NCBI GenBank assembly: GCA_040954595.2
Contig: CM082585.2
Coordinates: 3,006,902 to 3,070,901, forward strand
Reading direction: 5' to 3'
DNA from: Balanoglossus misakiensis
Taxonomy: Eukaryota; Animalia; Hemichordata
DNA: 64,000 bases
Shown here: positions 49,808 to 63,580 of the stretch, in pieces
How the letters are laid out: every line of letters starts with the position of its first letter
Position numbering within the stretch: the stretch's first letter is position 1
Notes under the pieces: model-generated
Told to the model about the DNA's origin: nothing
The model's input: the letters and a program-made list of their open reading frames with translations, nothing else
Databases searched by the model: none
Made by a program: the position numbers and the translations under genes

Positions 49808-52800
49808 ATGAAGATGGCAAGAATGCAGCTGTATTTGTTCACGCTAACATGTTTCCTCGTCAACTTCATGATCGTCACATACTCTTGGTAACTATATTTT
49901 TTCTATAATTATTGTTGATTGACATGTCTGTAAACTTGCATCTGGTTATTGAGAACGACTCTGGGTGTCGTCCCGTCTGTGGCTGCGGGTACCTGACGTA
50001 CCTCTGCGAGACAGTGTTTTTCGGATGTCTTATCTTCAAAGTCATCTTACCATTCCATGTGGAAAAACGAGGTTCGGCTGGGGGAGGGGGGTGGCCACGG
50101 CAAGCCGGTATATGCTTGAAGTAATTGGAAGAGAATTACCTATTCCCTCGTATAACACAGCCAACATACTTGGCAACATACAACTAACTATATGTTTCCT
50201 GATACAGGCCGAATAACTGCTACTACAGTAGAAATTGCTACGGTTACTGCTGCGGTTCGTACAATCGTTATTGCTGCTCAGGTAAGGAAGCAGCTGTACT
50301 GTTAACTTGAGTTACATTGAGGCGTCATTAAATTGCTTGAGAACCATTAAATTCAGTGAGACCGTTTTTAAAACTATAACACCTCAGGGAAAATTGTCAA
50401 TATCCGACTTACAGGCGTTTAAATGCAATAGTGATTGGTAAAAATGATAGTCTACACATAACCATTGGTAAACTAAGGCAACATATATGCTCGTGACATG
50501 TGTTTGATTAAATAGGGGGACCAATGTGTTATACCCTGTGGCAACGTACATTGTTGGACATTTAGAAGGCGAAGATGAGACACATCAGGACGTCGTCGAA
50601 CGGCATTATGTCGATATTTTCATAAAACTATAATGTACAGGTACCATTCCGAAAAAAATGACGTGGCATCTTGTCGATAGACGTTTTGTGCTCTGGTGTC
50701 GATTGAACTATTTATACCTAAGATTTCCCGCATTTTTTATTAATAGGATGCAATGGCGGTATAGTAAACTGTGCTGACGTACGTTGTACAAACAACTATA
50801 ACCGATATTGCTTCAAATGTGACTACGATAGAGGAGGTGGTAAAATGGCCTACGAACCAGTGGATGAGGGCAGTTACCCCGACCGTATATGCGAACGTGA
50901 GTTAACAGAAACAGACGACTTTTGTTTCAAAACTAGTTGTCCTAAAATCGGGAATGTATGCAGATAATCGAGAGAAAACGCAGAGGTTATCACAAAGTGT
51001 GTGGAAAGAGAACGTGGCAGACATGTTTGAACCTTGAAAAAGCTCCGAAATTACTTTAGTTCATACAATATACCTGCCTATATACTTTAATTGTTCGGCA
51101 GTTCTGTTTAGACCAAAATAAAAAAATGTGCTGTTCCGATTAACCGACCTAGCCTAATTTCAACATGCCGACCCTAAACTTTTTAGTAAAAATAACGATG
51201 TCAACTATACAAAATGTATGAAAATTGAGCGGATCACGCGAGAACTATGACGTCATTCTTCTAAATTACGGCGGCCAGCGAAATAAAAAAATGCAAAACG
51301 AAAAAATTCCCTGCCTTCCTACCCTATTTTTGAAAACCATGTAATCAGAACAGCACATTTTATTTTGCTTTGGCCTTTGTATTAAATAACTGGCGATTGA
51401 CGGGAAGGGCTGTGCACATAAACCATAAGTTGCCAAGTTTTCAAACACAGATCCCAATTTAATACAAACTGGTTTTGTATACAGAGCGCTGCTCTTGGAG
51501 ATCAGATAGCAAGTTCTGCTACCCTGGGACTTGTCCTGGACTTCCGTCCACCTGTACATGCCTCAACGGGTTTGGAGGAGACAACTGTTTAACAAGTAGG
51601 TGGAATTTAGTCGATGGACATTTATTGCCTTATTTGATTTATCATGCATGGTTAATGTTTACTGAATAAACATTTAAGTTAAAGGCGATTGTACCCTGGG
51701 AATCACGACGCTGTGTGAAATTCCTGTGGAGGAAAATAATAAAACACTCAACTGGTAAATTCATTGTGTCTTCATCTGCTATATAACGTTGCTTACAGCA
51801 ACACTAAATACAACTGGGTACACAATTCACTGCTTTGTTCTCTTGTGTGTTTCTGCCAACGTTGCAGGGCCAGTGTTTACTCTCTGTAAATACAGGGGAT
51901 TAGCCCGCAGAATCTGTGTGCCTCCACACACACATAGGCCGTTCACATCGCTCAAAAAGGCTAGGCCCTTGTCGTAGACAGGTATGTGACCGAGCAGAAA
52001 AACAGGTGTGAACGGGTCTGGCCGGTCATTATCGGGACAATTGTGTGTCCCAGTCGAAAGGGGCTGTCTGTGTCCGACCCTGGTCTCGGCCTGGTGTGTG
52101 TTGACACGTTTTGTCCGACCATAGAGGTACTAGAGAGTACCTTAGTACCTCCATGGTCCGACCCTGTTCCTAGTTGACGATCTTTACAGTTGACATAACA
52201 GTGTAGTTTATCATTTCACAATAGTGAATATCGTATAAACAACTAGAAGAGGACGAACATGGTTCTGAGTTATAAGGTTAAAGGTTGGCGAGATGATGTT
52301 AGCCAGGACTGTGCAAAACAAAATGTGAACGGGGACTAAAGATTAGGTTATCTTAACACAATCATCGTAATTAGTTTTGCCCGGCCATAAGCCTAGGTGT
52401 GAACCCAGCAACAGGGAAAAAATTGAGACATCATTTGCCTATGGTAAACACAAAGCATTAATCCTTTGAGTCGCCTTGTGTCAGCACACACAAAGTTTAT
52501 GTATAGGTGCTGAGGCTCGGCCCCATAGACAATGGGCTGCGGAGAGGTGTTAAGCTTACACCGGCTCAGGCCTGGCTGGCAAAGCCGTCTCAAATCTGAG
52601 ACGCTCCAGAACCGTCTTAATGGTGTGTGTGTGTGTGTGTGTGTCCTTTCTAGTCTAGTCAATATAAGGATATACCCACCACAAATTGTAACACAGTTTT
52701 TTTTCTTCACAATGCATTTTGGAAAGGTGTCTAGTGGTAAAACGTATTTTCTATGCTAGAACCCTATTTATATGAGGGATTATTATACATCTAGTGCCGA

Positions 52801-55800
52801 GAACAATAGATTTTGGCATGCAATAAAAAGCCGTACGGAACGGTACGTACGGAACGCGTGTTAAATAAGCCTTAAGTTTCAAGGCGCCCCAACTCACTGT
52901 GTACAGGTATGCGTTGTTATGCGGACGGTTACAAGACACCCCCACTCCAACGCACGTGCGCACACGTAAACAAACAAGAAAGATGGCTGCTCACTGAGTC
53001 AACTGAGCGGTTTTCGATCGATTGTATCGGCATTTTGGGTGTTTTGAAAGCCAAGTAACATGCAACACAAGAACTAAGTTAAACGTAGAAGTAAGATGTA
53101 TAATAATAAGGTTTTTACGAAAATACCGCAAAGTATGCACTCGGACATTAGCGCAGCGCATCGCCCTCCGCTGCGCGTCGGGCGATACTTGGCGCTAATG
53201 TCCTCGTGCATACTTTGCGGTATTTTCGTAAAAACCTCATAGTATGATAAGCCGTCGAACATTCATTTGTCGACCGTATTGGATTTATGCAAATTAAAAA
53301 GTGCAAATGTAAACAAAAAATTTTCAAAATTGTTCCAAATGTCATAGAGGTAATTTTGAATTAAAACACTAAAATAGCGGACAGTACCCAATAAACTGCC
53401 CAAATATGTTTTTTAGGAAAACTGTCAGCTATATTGAATTTATGCAAATTATGATAACTTCCCCATGTCAAATATTATTCCAAAATGGTTCTTCATGCAC
53501 ATGAAATAATTAATAATTTTAAACTTTAAAATCAAGGAAAAAAACAAGTTTATTTCTTGATATATGGCTAAAAATACCCCAATATTGGATTTATGCAAAT
53601 TAGACATTTTTCAACAGGGTGGATTCGGGTGCATTTTTAATATGTTGTTCTAGACACCTCTCCAAAATTAATTCTGAAGAAAAAATTATGTTGCAATTTT
53701 TGGTGGGTTAGGTGCCCAAATCTCGTAGATTGACTAGACTATACCGTCTAAATGGCCATTTTAGCAACACGGCATGCAACTAATAAATATTGGGGACATT
53801 ATAGAAACATGCCTCATGTCTCAGTTTCTATACCTGCATATTATAGACGACTTTTTCGTCTTCTTCATGGTCGTTTTGATATGGTTTAGAAGTACTGGAT
53901 GTTAATCAACAAATCGAACATTTTCGGCGATCGAGAAAACCTTCTGAAAGTTGGTGGCAGGCAGAAGTGTTGCAGACCTGGCTAACCGCGAGTGGTTAGA
54001 AAACCACTCGTGTCCAGCGTGATTAACTTCACAATAAAAACTGACCAAAGACAGTGGGTTTCCTGGTAAACCATAGACCCTGGATGTGTAAACATACCAA
54101 AAAGTCAAGGCCGGGTGGCGCTTTTTAACGGTGCTATTTTATCTATGCGTTCTCACTGTATGTTAAATTAAGTGTCTCCATTTCTTCAGTCAATGTTAAA
54201 CCGACCATAGAAGAGTGTGAAGGTGTCGTTCAACGATCCGGTAGTTCGGCTTCTTGTACTTTTGACTGCAAAGATGATGGCCGTGCATACTGTGGTGTGG
54301 TGTCAGACAAGTTCGCTCTAGATTGGGTGGCAAGATATGATCCCACCCTGGATTCAATCCATCGGCCGTACTACGTCAACAAAACTGGTTACGGTATTGT
54401 ATCGGCAGTTGTGAACTGGAAACTTATGAGAGGTTAGTGTTATGAGATTTTATGTAAAATTCGGTATTCCTCTGTGTTCGTCGAATTTCAACACTTCAAC
54501 AAAATGGAAGCAACGTCCTATATTTTATTTTGCATTGAGTTTGTCACAATTCTGACAGCCTTAATTTTGTTTTAACTTTGTTCTAGGGGGGTCAAATCAC
54601 ATTATAATAATTGCATTCTGGGTTAAAGGTCGACAATTCACTGTAGTAAGAGAAAGAAAAAATGATATGTAACTATTTCATGACTTGCTTTGGTCAAAAA
54701 TGTTTGTCCCACGTTTGTAGTTACCATATTAAACTCATTCAACTTTTTCACACTATTCTTTGATCGAAAGTTTCAGATGTGATTTTTTCTGTTATAAGGT
54801 TTCAGAACGACCGAATATCACTTTAGCTTGTAATTTCCCCTTCTTAAACTTGGAACAAATCGGCCATCTTGAAATTTTGTCACAGCTAATGCCCCTTTAA
54901 ATCCCTGTAATCAGACAACAAGCTCGGAACTAATAAACAATTGTTACAATTTTTCTGTCAGAAAGCACGGAAGTTGACGGTGGCGTTTCTATTTGCCTTT
55001 CCGAAGAATCGTCTATTGTGAATATTCCACCAGATGAGTTGCCAAGGCGACAGTGCAGCAATATCGCGGGTCTCACTTCGACCGCTCGTCATGATGACCG
55101 GTAAATAATAAAGCATTTACTTCAAGTTTGCTTTACGGCCTAATAGTACTCAGTTCAATTTGTGAGGATGAAAAACGGTTATTTCATGATCTTGTTTCAG
55201 GGCAAATAGAAAGAGTTATGAGACATTCGCGTGAGACACTACAAAAGCGTACAGCGCATGTCACAATTTCCACATACAAGGAGCCATGTGGTACGGATAT
55301 GATTTTACAAAACAGACGGGATTATCTTCTTATGTTTATCCACTAATCATTTTGGTGCGGTTGTAGGCCCATATTGCAGCGCATCACACAGGTCGGTCAA
55401 GACCATGGGTAACTAATCTCAAGCAACTGTAACCCGCGGGAGAGGGTCTCAATCGGGGTATTTCAAATTGTAACTGGTCTCCCCTGCCCCATCTGCAGTT
55501 TTATTGATTAAAACTGCTAAGATAAGAATGAAACTTTCCAGTTGATTATGGCTAGCTTCCAATCGCCAATAAAAGTGGCCACAAGAACGAACCCCAGATT
55601 TTGCAATTGTTATTGGCGTGATTGTAAACGTGCAAAGTAAATTTATGAACGATTACAGGCGTAGGCCGCGGCACCAATTGATGTTAGATTGGTTTTATAT
55701 TTATGGGGTGAATACTTATGGTGCTGTAAACATACGCAATTTCGCACGTAGTCGTGAGTTGTTGACATGATTAATTTAACTTAGTCACGACTTGCAATCA

Positions 55801-58800
55801 CGAATTGGTCATCTCCAATATATCACTCAAACAACATGATGAAATGTGTCTAAATTTGGTAACACACGTACCACTACGAACCAAGGGTAGGGGACCCTTT
55901 CGTGTAGCTTTGTTCTAGTTGGTTTACATTGTTTTCGAAACCGTCAAACGGTTCTCGTTGTCACATTGAGGTGGCAAAAATCACTTGAAGTTATCTACAC
56001 AAGCATTCTGTGTGTGGGGGATTCCCTCAGAGTCTCCCCGTTTCTCTGTGGTGCATAACATTTATACATAGTTACCGTGTGCGCTGTGGGTCTAGTTATT
56101 TTATCACAATTTACGGTCAGTACTGCCGAAAGTGCAGTGTGGAACGCCTACTCAGTTTTTGACCCGGAGTCATTCATCTGGGATCGGCAAATGTGTACAG
56201 TGAATTCAGATAGGGGGCTTTCAGTTATTATGAGGGGAGGGCCTGGGGAAATCGGGACGTTCCATCATGTAAAAAGTGACACTCCCCCGTTTCTCCGGCC
56301 CACTCCTTTATAATAACTGGAAGCGCCCTTAGCGCCAAAAAGCATGCAAATTTCTCGGTGCTAGACATCCAGAAGACGACCAGCCATTGGAAACCAGAGT
56401 TTACCTTACCTATCGGCATAAATGACTACGCTGTAAAATAATACATTCGTTTGACAGATAACTAACTTCCATCTTCTCTCCAGACTTTCTCTAACATTGA
56501 GAACAAAGAACAGTGGGTACATTAAAATAAACAATTTCGACGTGGAAGGTGTGGTTACAGTCGACAATCCCGTATTCTACAGCGAACAGGCCACAGAAAA
56601 AACGACAGACATTTCGTTTGACTTTGCACCTCCCCAGCACTGCATAGTTACGACTTCAGAGTGTAGTTCAAGTATTTTGGACATTGGTAATGCTTACAGA
56701 AGAAATGTAAGTACTCTGGTTGGTAGTCGTGGTTAAATTTCATGTTGGATGCGATGCGGTACACTCGTGGATTTACATTCAGGACATTTATAGATTTTGT
56801 GTAATATGTTGACCGTTTTGAGATTTTACGTTTCGCGTTACGTTGTTAATCCAGTCCATGCAGTACACATTGGGCCATCGGCTAATGTTTTGCATATTTT
56901 GGTCAATGGACATTTACTATCCGATCACTGCTCGTGTCATACAACGCTTCCGATGTATGCAAGGGTGTACTATCTATCAATTTGATCTCACACTGTCGGA
57001 ATTCGCTCTGCCAGTTGCAATGTTTCATTTATGAATCATTTCTACTTTAATAGAAATGTGTACATTAAGTATTTAAAATTAAGGAGCGAAGACGTAAACG
57101 AATTGTAGTGTAAGTATAATGCGACATTAGCAGTTGGGTGAAAGAAGATGTTTTGCTATCAGCATCTCCAAGGTCAAACTTTATAACACCCAATCCATTT
57201 TCCCCAAGGAACCTTGTCGGAACACCTCGTCGAAAAGCACAATTCTCACAAACACTTTCTTACGGCATCAGTATAATAGAACCATGGAGACTTATTGGAA
57301 AGTAGCATTCAAGCTGCAATTATAATTTTAACATAGCTAACACCACACTTTGGTCATACAGAGTGACGTCACAGTTACCTGGGATCCGTCTGATTGGAAC
57401 GATGTCCCCTCGGGAATACACCACTATGACTGTGAAGCCTACAGATTGACCGCCGGTCTGAATGGACTTTTGGGCATGCGAACACCCGCTCCGCATGCAT
57501 CGGAGAGGAATATCGCCAGTGATGTGACAAATGTACAATTAAACCTACCTGATACAGGTATTGAAGTGGTACTTTAGGGAGCTTTCATTTATGACGAGGG
57601 GTCGGTCGGGGGAATCAGCGGGAGGCACATTGAAAACTTCTAGAGGGAGGATCACATTTTGTACTGACCGACCCAAAGTTACTCTGGCCCACCCCCTCAA
57701 AATAACAAATTTGCAGTATGATCTGGATCAATAATTATATTGGCAGTACCTGCTGCTCAAAATGCTTTTATTTGTTAGAATGACCTTAGATGACATTATC
57801 ACTGAACAATTTAATTTTTAAAAATCACATTTCAGGTGTTTTTGCAATCATTTTGACTGTGACTGATTCTGTTGGGAATTCCGCGAAAACCAGACGTTTT
57901 CTTACACACGACGCAGACAGCACCATCGACATAGACAATGAGAAACCAGTGGCTGTTTCCGAGGGCGTGCAGAACGCCGGGTTTTTCTGGCTGTCGCAGT
58001 CAGGAGGCGACGTAAGTATTGGTCTCATCAACTCTGGAATGAATCATTTACGTCTATGCCACGTTTGGTTATACATTTGTATGATTTTAAGGCCTGTTAT
58101 AAACACCAATGCACCTTAAAATTTAAAAAAAAAGGTTTCGTTGCAATTGAGGTTAAATGTAGCTTTATGATAGTTCAAGTGACATGTAAGTTAATAATCA
58201 GCAACGTGAAAATTCCTTTCCCTTTAAGTATGTAGGGGTTATATATTTGTATGATAAAGCCGTGCCATAAATACCAGTACACCTGAAGGAAGTCAAAATA
58301 GTTTCGTTGAGATGTATTCTGTTTGGTTTAGAAGTACCGCTCCTTGCTGATTACTTATTTACATGCCACTTGAACCATTTAAAGTTCTGTTTCACACCCC
58401 AATGATTTGTATTCTCAAGTATAAAAATATATAATGTAGGGTTGCCTTAGGCACAATATGAGAAAAAGTTTAAGAATTAGAATTTCGAATTGCGTAGTAA
58501 AGTCCGTCGCCCTACCAATACACCTGGAAGTGAAAATACTGTCGTCAGGATGTATTCAGTGCGAATTAGACGTGCCACTCGTTGCTGATTTACATGCCAT
58601 TTGAAACATACGATACGAGACATAAAATAATAAATTAACTTTTTTGTAATAAACATTTCCCGGTTAATTATCGAGGTCAGAATTCCCTCAAACTATATAT
58701 TTTCTAAAAGCTTCGAAATAGGATAAAATTTTGGTTACTTCACTGTGACCACTGTTTACACAATTATCACGTGACAGGCAATTTAAATGACCTTCCAAAA

Positions 58801-61800
58801 ACAGTTTTCTCAATGTTTTGTTGTGACGCTTTGAGATATCTGGCTCTAATTTGCGTGAATGCAAGCTTTAAGTTTATATGAACATGTACATCATTATAAT
58901 TAAATAGACCCACATTTTCTTTGTAGATCACAGTTACATGGGAAGGTCATTTCTACAACTCTTTCTACCGTGACGGAAGGTTCTTGAACGGAATTGAAGA
59001 ACACGACCCGCCTCTTGGTCCATATGACGAGGCGACTGGACAGCCACCAACGTCACGATCGCGACAGGCTATCGACAACGACAATGGAATCCTACGATTT
59101 CAGTTCGACTTTGCCGAGTCGAGTTCTGGCAGAAACGATCCTGAAAACTGGGTTGACATTAGGAATGGAAAAGTAAGTACAATTCTTTGTGTTCACATCA
59201 GTATTATATCACGTGTGTACATTGCTGGTGAAATGACTGTGCTCACACGGTAGAACACAAATTAGGTAACTTGACATCACATGTCGAATATGGAACTGCA
59301 GGTATTGGTACGGACGCATGTGACCACACAAATCAAATCTCTTCACACAAAAAACAACAACTTGAAAGTGGATTTAAATCTGGGATCGAACGTGACTACC
59401 GCTGTTCAGTACTCCGGCCACACAAACCTAACCGGTCCGCAAAATTCAACGAATATACTGATTCAAATCAGAGCAAAATATTTTTTTTAATTGCATGAAC
59501 ATCGTTACGTCTGGCAAATTGTTATAGAAATGTATTTGCAAAGTGCAGTATATTATTGTAATTAACTACTACACGGCATCTCATTTATCAAACCTTCTCC
59601 CGACTCTTGGTAACCCTCAAAAAGCTGATCGAAGCAAATCGTCGCCAATTTACTGAGGAAACGCTTGTAGGCCTAACAAGTTGCAATCGTTGGTAACTTT
59701 AAGTAAAACGTTTACCATTCGTCCACAGACATCTCAAACTATTTCCATTGTCGACGAAAACAACGACTACATTACCGTCTGGTTGAGAGCCTTTGATGTA
59801 ATGGACGGTACGAGGGACGAAAAAACGACATTCTATATCGACAAAAGTGCGCCGGCTATCAGAGGTATGACTGTCGTCGATGTCGATGTCGAAGCCGGTG
59901 CGAGGTCTTTGCGTCGATCAAGGGGAGAGGCGATCGCTGGTTCGGGGTAAGTCAACGACCTTTTGCTCTGCCACGACTTTCAACACTCGAACTTTATTAT
60001 TCCTCGACAATGGAACGTTTGAAGGGCAAATGTTAGTTTATATAAATTATAGTTGATTGGGAAAGGGATACTTACAAGGCTGAAGAGTCATTAAATTACT
60101 TTGGTTGTCATTTGAAGAGTCGTTTCAAGTCGAATTATTTATGACAGCTCGGTATTTATTACACATTCTTTCGATTCCCAGTAGATTGAACAATTCTGTC
60201 GTGTACGGGAGCTCTAGCGTCAGAGGTTGCAGAGCGCCCGCAATAGTCTGAATATTTCCGACTTGCTTCCCGGCTGCTGACGTTGATTGTATCTGAGTGC
60301 ATTTCAGACGGACTTTTTCGTTTCTAACTTTTGACCAATGTCTTCGTAAGATTGTATTTTTTCCAATCTTGAAATGGTTTAAATGAAACTGTGTGACACA
60401 GTACATGTTTCATTGATTTTTCCAATATTTGTATCGTTTGTTTGCTTGCTTGCTTGCTAGAATTTATTGGTTTGGGGCCAACGGGCAAAAGGCCACAAAA
60501 GGGAAATGGTTCTGGTCAGCGCGCGCGTCACTTTTCACCCTTTTCACTGCGTGCGTGAATCGCAAACCTAAAATCCTGAGCAGGAAGCGGAATTTTGCTA
60601 AAATGCGTAACCAATAACTGCATTTACTGTCACTTATAAATACAGACTAGGGTATAGAATAATAGTGTATAAAGTTGACAATTGGATCGACTGACCTAAA
60701 TAAAAAAAAAAAATTCGCATCATCGCCCTATTTTTCAAGTTAGGCCAAAAAAAGAAAGAAATGATCCTGGTCACGACTTTTTCTATAAACGGTGCACTGA
60801 TGACTATTGCAAATAAATCTTACCTGACTTGTACAGAGTACTGGTGGAAGCGCATGATGACGAAAGCGGTATTCTTGAAATCAGATGGCAGTTGTTTGAC
60901 AAAATTGACCCCACTCGTCTGTACGGGGAAGGCAAGGTAGACGAGACTTCGCCAGCGGTAAGACAACTTGCATTATTCCTCCATAATTACAGAATGAGTC
61001 TTTAAAAAATAATGATAACAGAAATGCTGATTTATGTTTTCCGTCGTGGTTAACCATAAGAAACAATCTCCAAATAGAGACCAGCGTAGATAATTTTAAC
61101 TTAGCTAAGGAGTCTGACCGATATTCTAGACGTTTACCGACCAGGAACAAACCATTTTTTGGTCAGGTTCCATAGCTGGGTTAAAACTATCAACCCTATT
61201 CTCTGCGTGGGGAACGCATAGGAAACCCACTTTTAAAAAATAATCCAAGTAAACCATGTACCGGTCTGACCTGTGCGTGCCTGGCAATTAGTAACCTGTG
61301 CTTTTATCTCGAGTACACGATTGCCGTGGATACCAGTCAGATGGAAGGTTTTCCGAATGGTGCAACTCAGTGTATTATCAAAATAACTGTTTTAAATAAT
61401 GCTATGCTGGAAACAACGGATGAAGTTCAGGTAGGATAGTGATTTTTCTATGATAATCATTATTTGCCACTAAATAGCTGCCATTTTACATTTTTCTTGA
61501 TTTCGCCTTTAAACTTAAAACTTTCCGTTAAAATAAGGTAAGTGATGGGAATACACAAATAAATTATCTACCTCTGATTGTGGCTGTAAATGTAAACATA
61601 AACAATTAGTTAAGTAATAAACATGAGCCACACCTATTTATTCAGACGCCCAGTGCAACCGTATACATCTATTGTGTTATGCACACATGTGTATTAGAAT
61701 CCCCACAAATACAAAATGGTGTCATCCGTCAGTTGAGGATATCAGTAGCTGATACTAGGACTTTAACGAGCAAGAGTGAGAAGTTACGCATAACTCACAT

Positions 61801-63580
61801 TATCCACAAATATTCCACTTTTGGTTCTTTTACTAGTTGGTTTGCCTTTAAAGGGAAGCAGTCGTCGCGCCGCGTTTCTCAAGTTTGTCTATAAACATTT
61901 CAATTCATCCACAAATACCTGAAAGTATATAATTCTTAGAATGAACGAAACAGCCAACCGTAGCAAAAATTGGTCATGGCAGCAACTGAAGATCCTTAGA
62001 GGTCGTGGCGACTGCAGTGATGTTTGTGTTGGTATGGGAGGACATATTCTCATCAAGGGGGACATCTACACGGCGCGATGACCCCTTCCCTTTAAAGTTG
62101 AAAGCTTTAATCAGGAATCTCTAATGATCTTTCCTGTTAGATAATTCTGGGGACTTCTTCATCGTCTTCGGCTTCAACTGTAGGAGCAGCGGTTGGGGCA
62201 TCGTTTGGCTGCATTGTGCTTGTAGCCGTCATCATACTGTTGATCTTATTATATAGAAGGGGATTTTTCAAAAAGGTAAAACAATTGCTGCTTTTTCCCT
62301 TTTCTTGAGTTTTTCATCAATTTTAAAGGTAGTATGCACATTAGGGAGATATTTCAGAAGAAAATTATAGTCCCCCATATCCTGCAGTTGTTTTCATCTT
62401 GTTTTCATAAAAATCGTGTTTTTTTCTATATAGAGTTAATGCAACGATTGCCGGCCATTTTGAATTTCAAATATGAGTCAATTTGACTCTTTCAATGGGA
62501 ATTTCACTCGATGAACTCCCTATTTTTACTCGCAAAAGTAAGAGAGAATGGTCTGAAGTTGTAAAGTATGAGAACAAATTGAGGTGCCTTAATTTACATG
62601 TATCCATGTATGGTTGACAGGTGTATCTAGGTACATGTATTCAGGTGACTTTGTTGGCGCATTTTTTTCGCTTGGCCAACCAGCGAAAATCTGTGATTGG
62701 TTGGATCACAACTTTCCCTGGTACATGTAAATGTGACCATGTACCTTTAACTATCCATGAAATAAATACAGTTTACGAATAGTCTCATTCTCATACAGAA
62801 AACACAGGAACGCATCCCAATGGGAAATGCTGCAAAGGTATGTTTCCCAAAACTCACAGCTGAATACTGCACATACTATGACAATATATGAAAAACAGAG
62901 ATAATGAGATCACTTTACCGGTGAAGTGGCATTTTGAAAATAATTAGATAAATATAGTGTAGTTTTTCTGAAACTTTTCTTGTGATGAATTTCATTGTTA
63001 TTAAGGATAGTATGCTAACGTGCCTCTGAGTCAGATTTTTAGAAACATTATAGTCCTACAAACCATTAAATTCTTTTCCAGATCAAAATGTGTAAGGAGT
63101 CTTTTCTGAAAACAAAGACTGAATTCAATGAAACTAAGCTGACGTTTTTTTTTTTAATTTCTAGTTTTTTTCAGCAGAAATATTACATTTACATTTTATT
63201 CAAAAATAATGAAAAGTGAAATACGACAATGTAATTTGGACTATATCAAGATCTTATTGTCACAAAATAGTTCCAGTCCAGTTATGTCTTGATTTATATA
63301 CTTGTTTCATGAAGTTTTGTGTTTTACAGCAACAGAGAACTGGACTTGGTAACCCCAGTTATGAAGAGCAAAACACAGGTGGAAATCAGTACACCAACAC
63401 ACCTAAAGTGTTGAACACGTCCAAACCCAATGAGTCTGCACTGTCGCGTGAGGAGATGGAGTTTTCGTCCGCCAACTTGATAGTGCAAGATAAGCTGAAA
63501 CCAGGAATACACAAAGCCAAAGCCAATAACATTGGCGGTAAAGCGGGGTATTCTCAGGTGGTGGTGAAGTCTCTCAAAGG
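49808..63580 (+). CDS. Receptor tyrosine kinase-like gene, 5' part, continues beyond window. Exons include 49808-49887, 50208-50281, 50747-50896, 51485-51595, 54190-54432, 54962-55100, 56484-56706, 57362-57557, 57836-58011, 58927-59172, 59729-59946, 60837-60957, about 61250-61430, 62141-62275, about 62799-62837, about 63330-63580
   Basis: Phase-consistent GT-AG chain from the first exon to 60957. Signal peptide MKMARMQLYLFTLTCFLVNFMIVTYS, Cys-rich and EGF-like (CYPGTC..CTCLNGFGGDNC) modules, beta-sandwich-like repeats (DDESGI), TM GAAVGASFGCIVLVAVIILLILLY-RR, and a kinase start MEFSSANL...KAKANNIGGKAGYSQVVVKSLK. Confidence 0.8.
51110..51376. mobile_element. Small MITE with imperfect TIRs (intronic)
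   Basis: AGACCAAAATAAAAAAATGTGCTGTTCCGATTA ... TAATCAGAACAGCACATTTTATTTTGCTTTGGCCT. Confidence 0.55.
52120..52155. mobile_element. 36-bp P-element-like micro-MITE with 7-bp TSD
   Basis: CATAGAGGTACTA...TAGTACCTCCATG flanked by GTCCGAC at 52113-52119 and 52156-52162. Confidence 0.6.
52651..53741. mobile_element. Internally deleted copy of the Academ-like foldback element
   Basis: TIR TAGTCTAGTCAAT / ATTGACTAGACTA; homologous to 810-1335. Confidence 0.7.
52779..53243 (-). mobile_element. Non-autonomous hairpin element (Crypton-like), copy 2, nested
   Basis: Inverted near-identical copy of 21496-21954; the empty site is visible at about 817-860. Confidence 0.72.
54550..54890 (-). repeat. Interspersed repeat, uninterrupted copy of the one split by the Helentron-type element at 19265-20855
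   Basis: The reverse complement matches about 19135-19260 joined to about 20856-20980. Confidence 0.65.
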
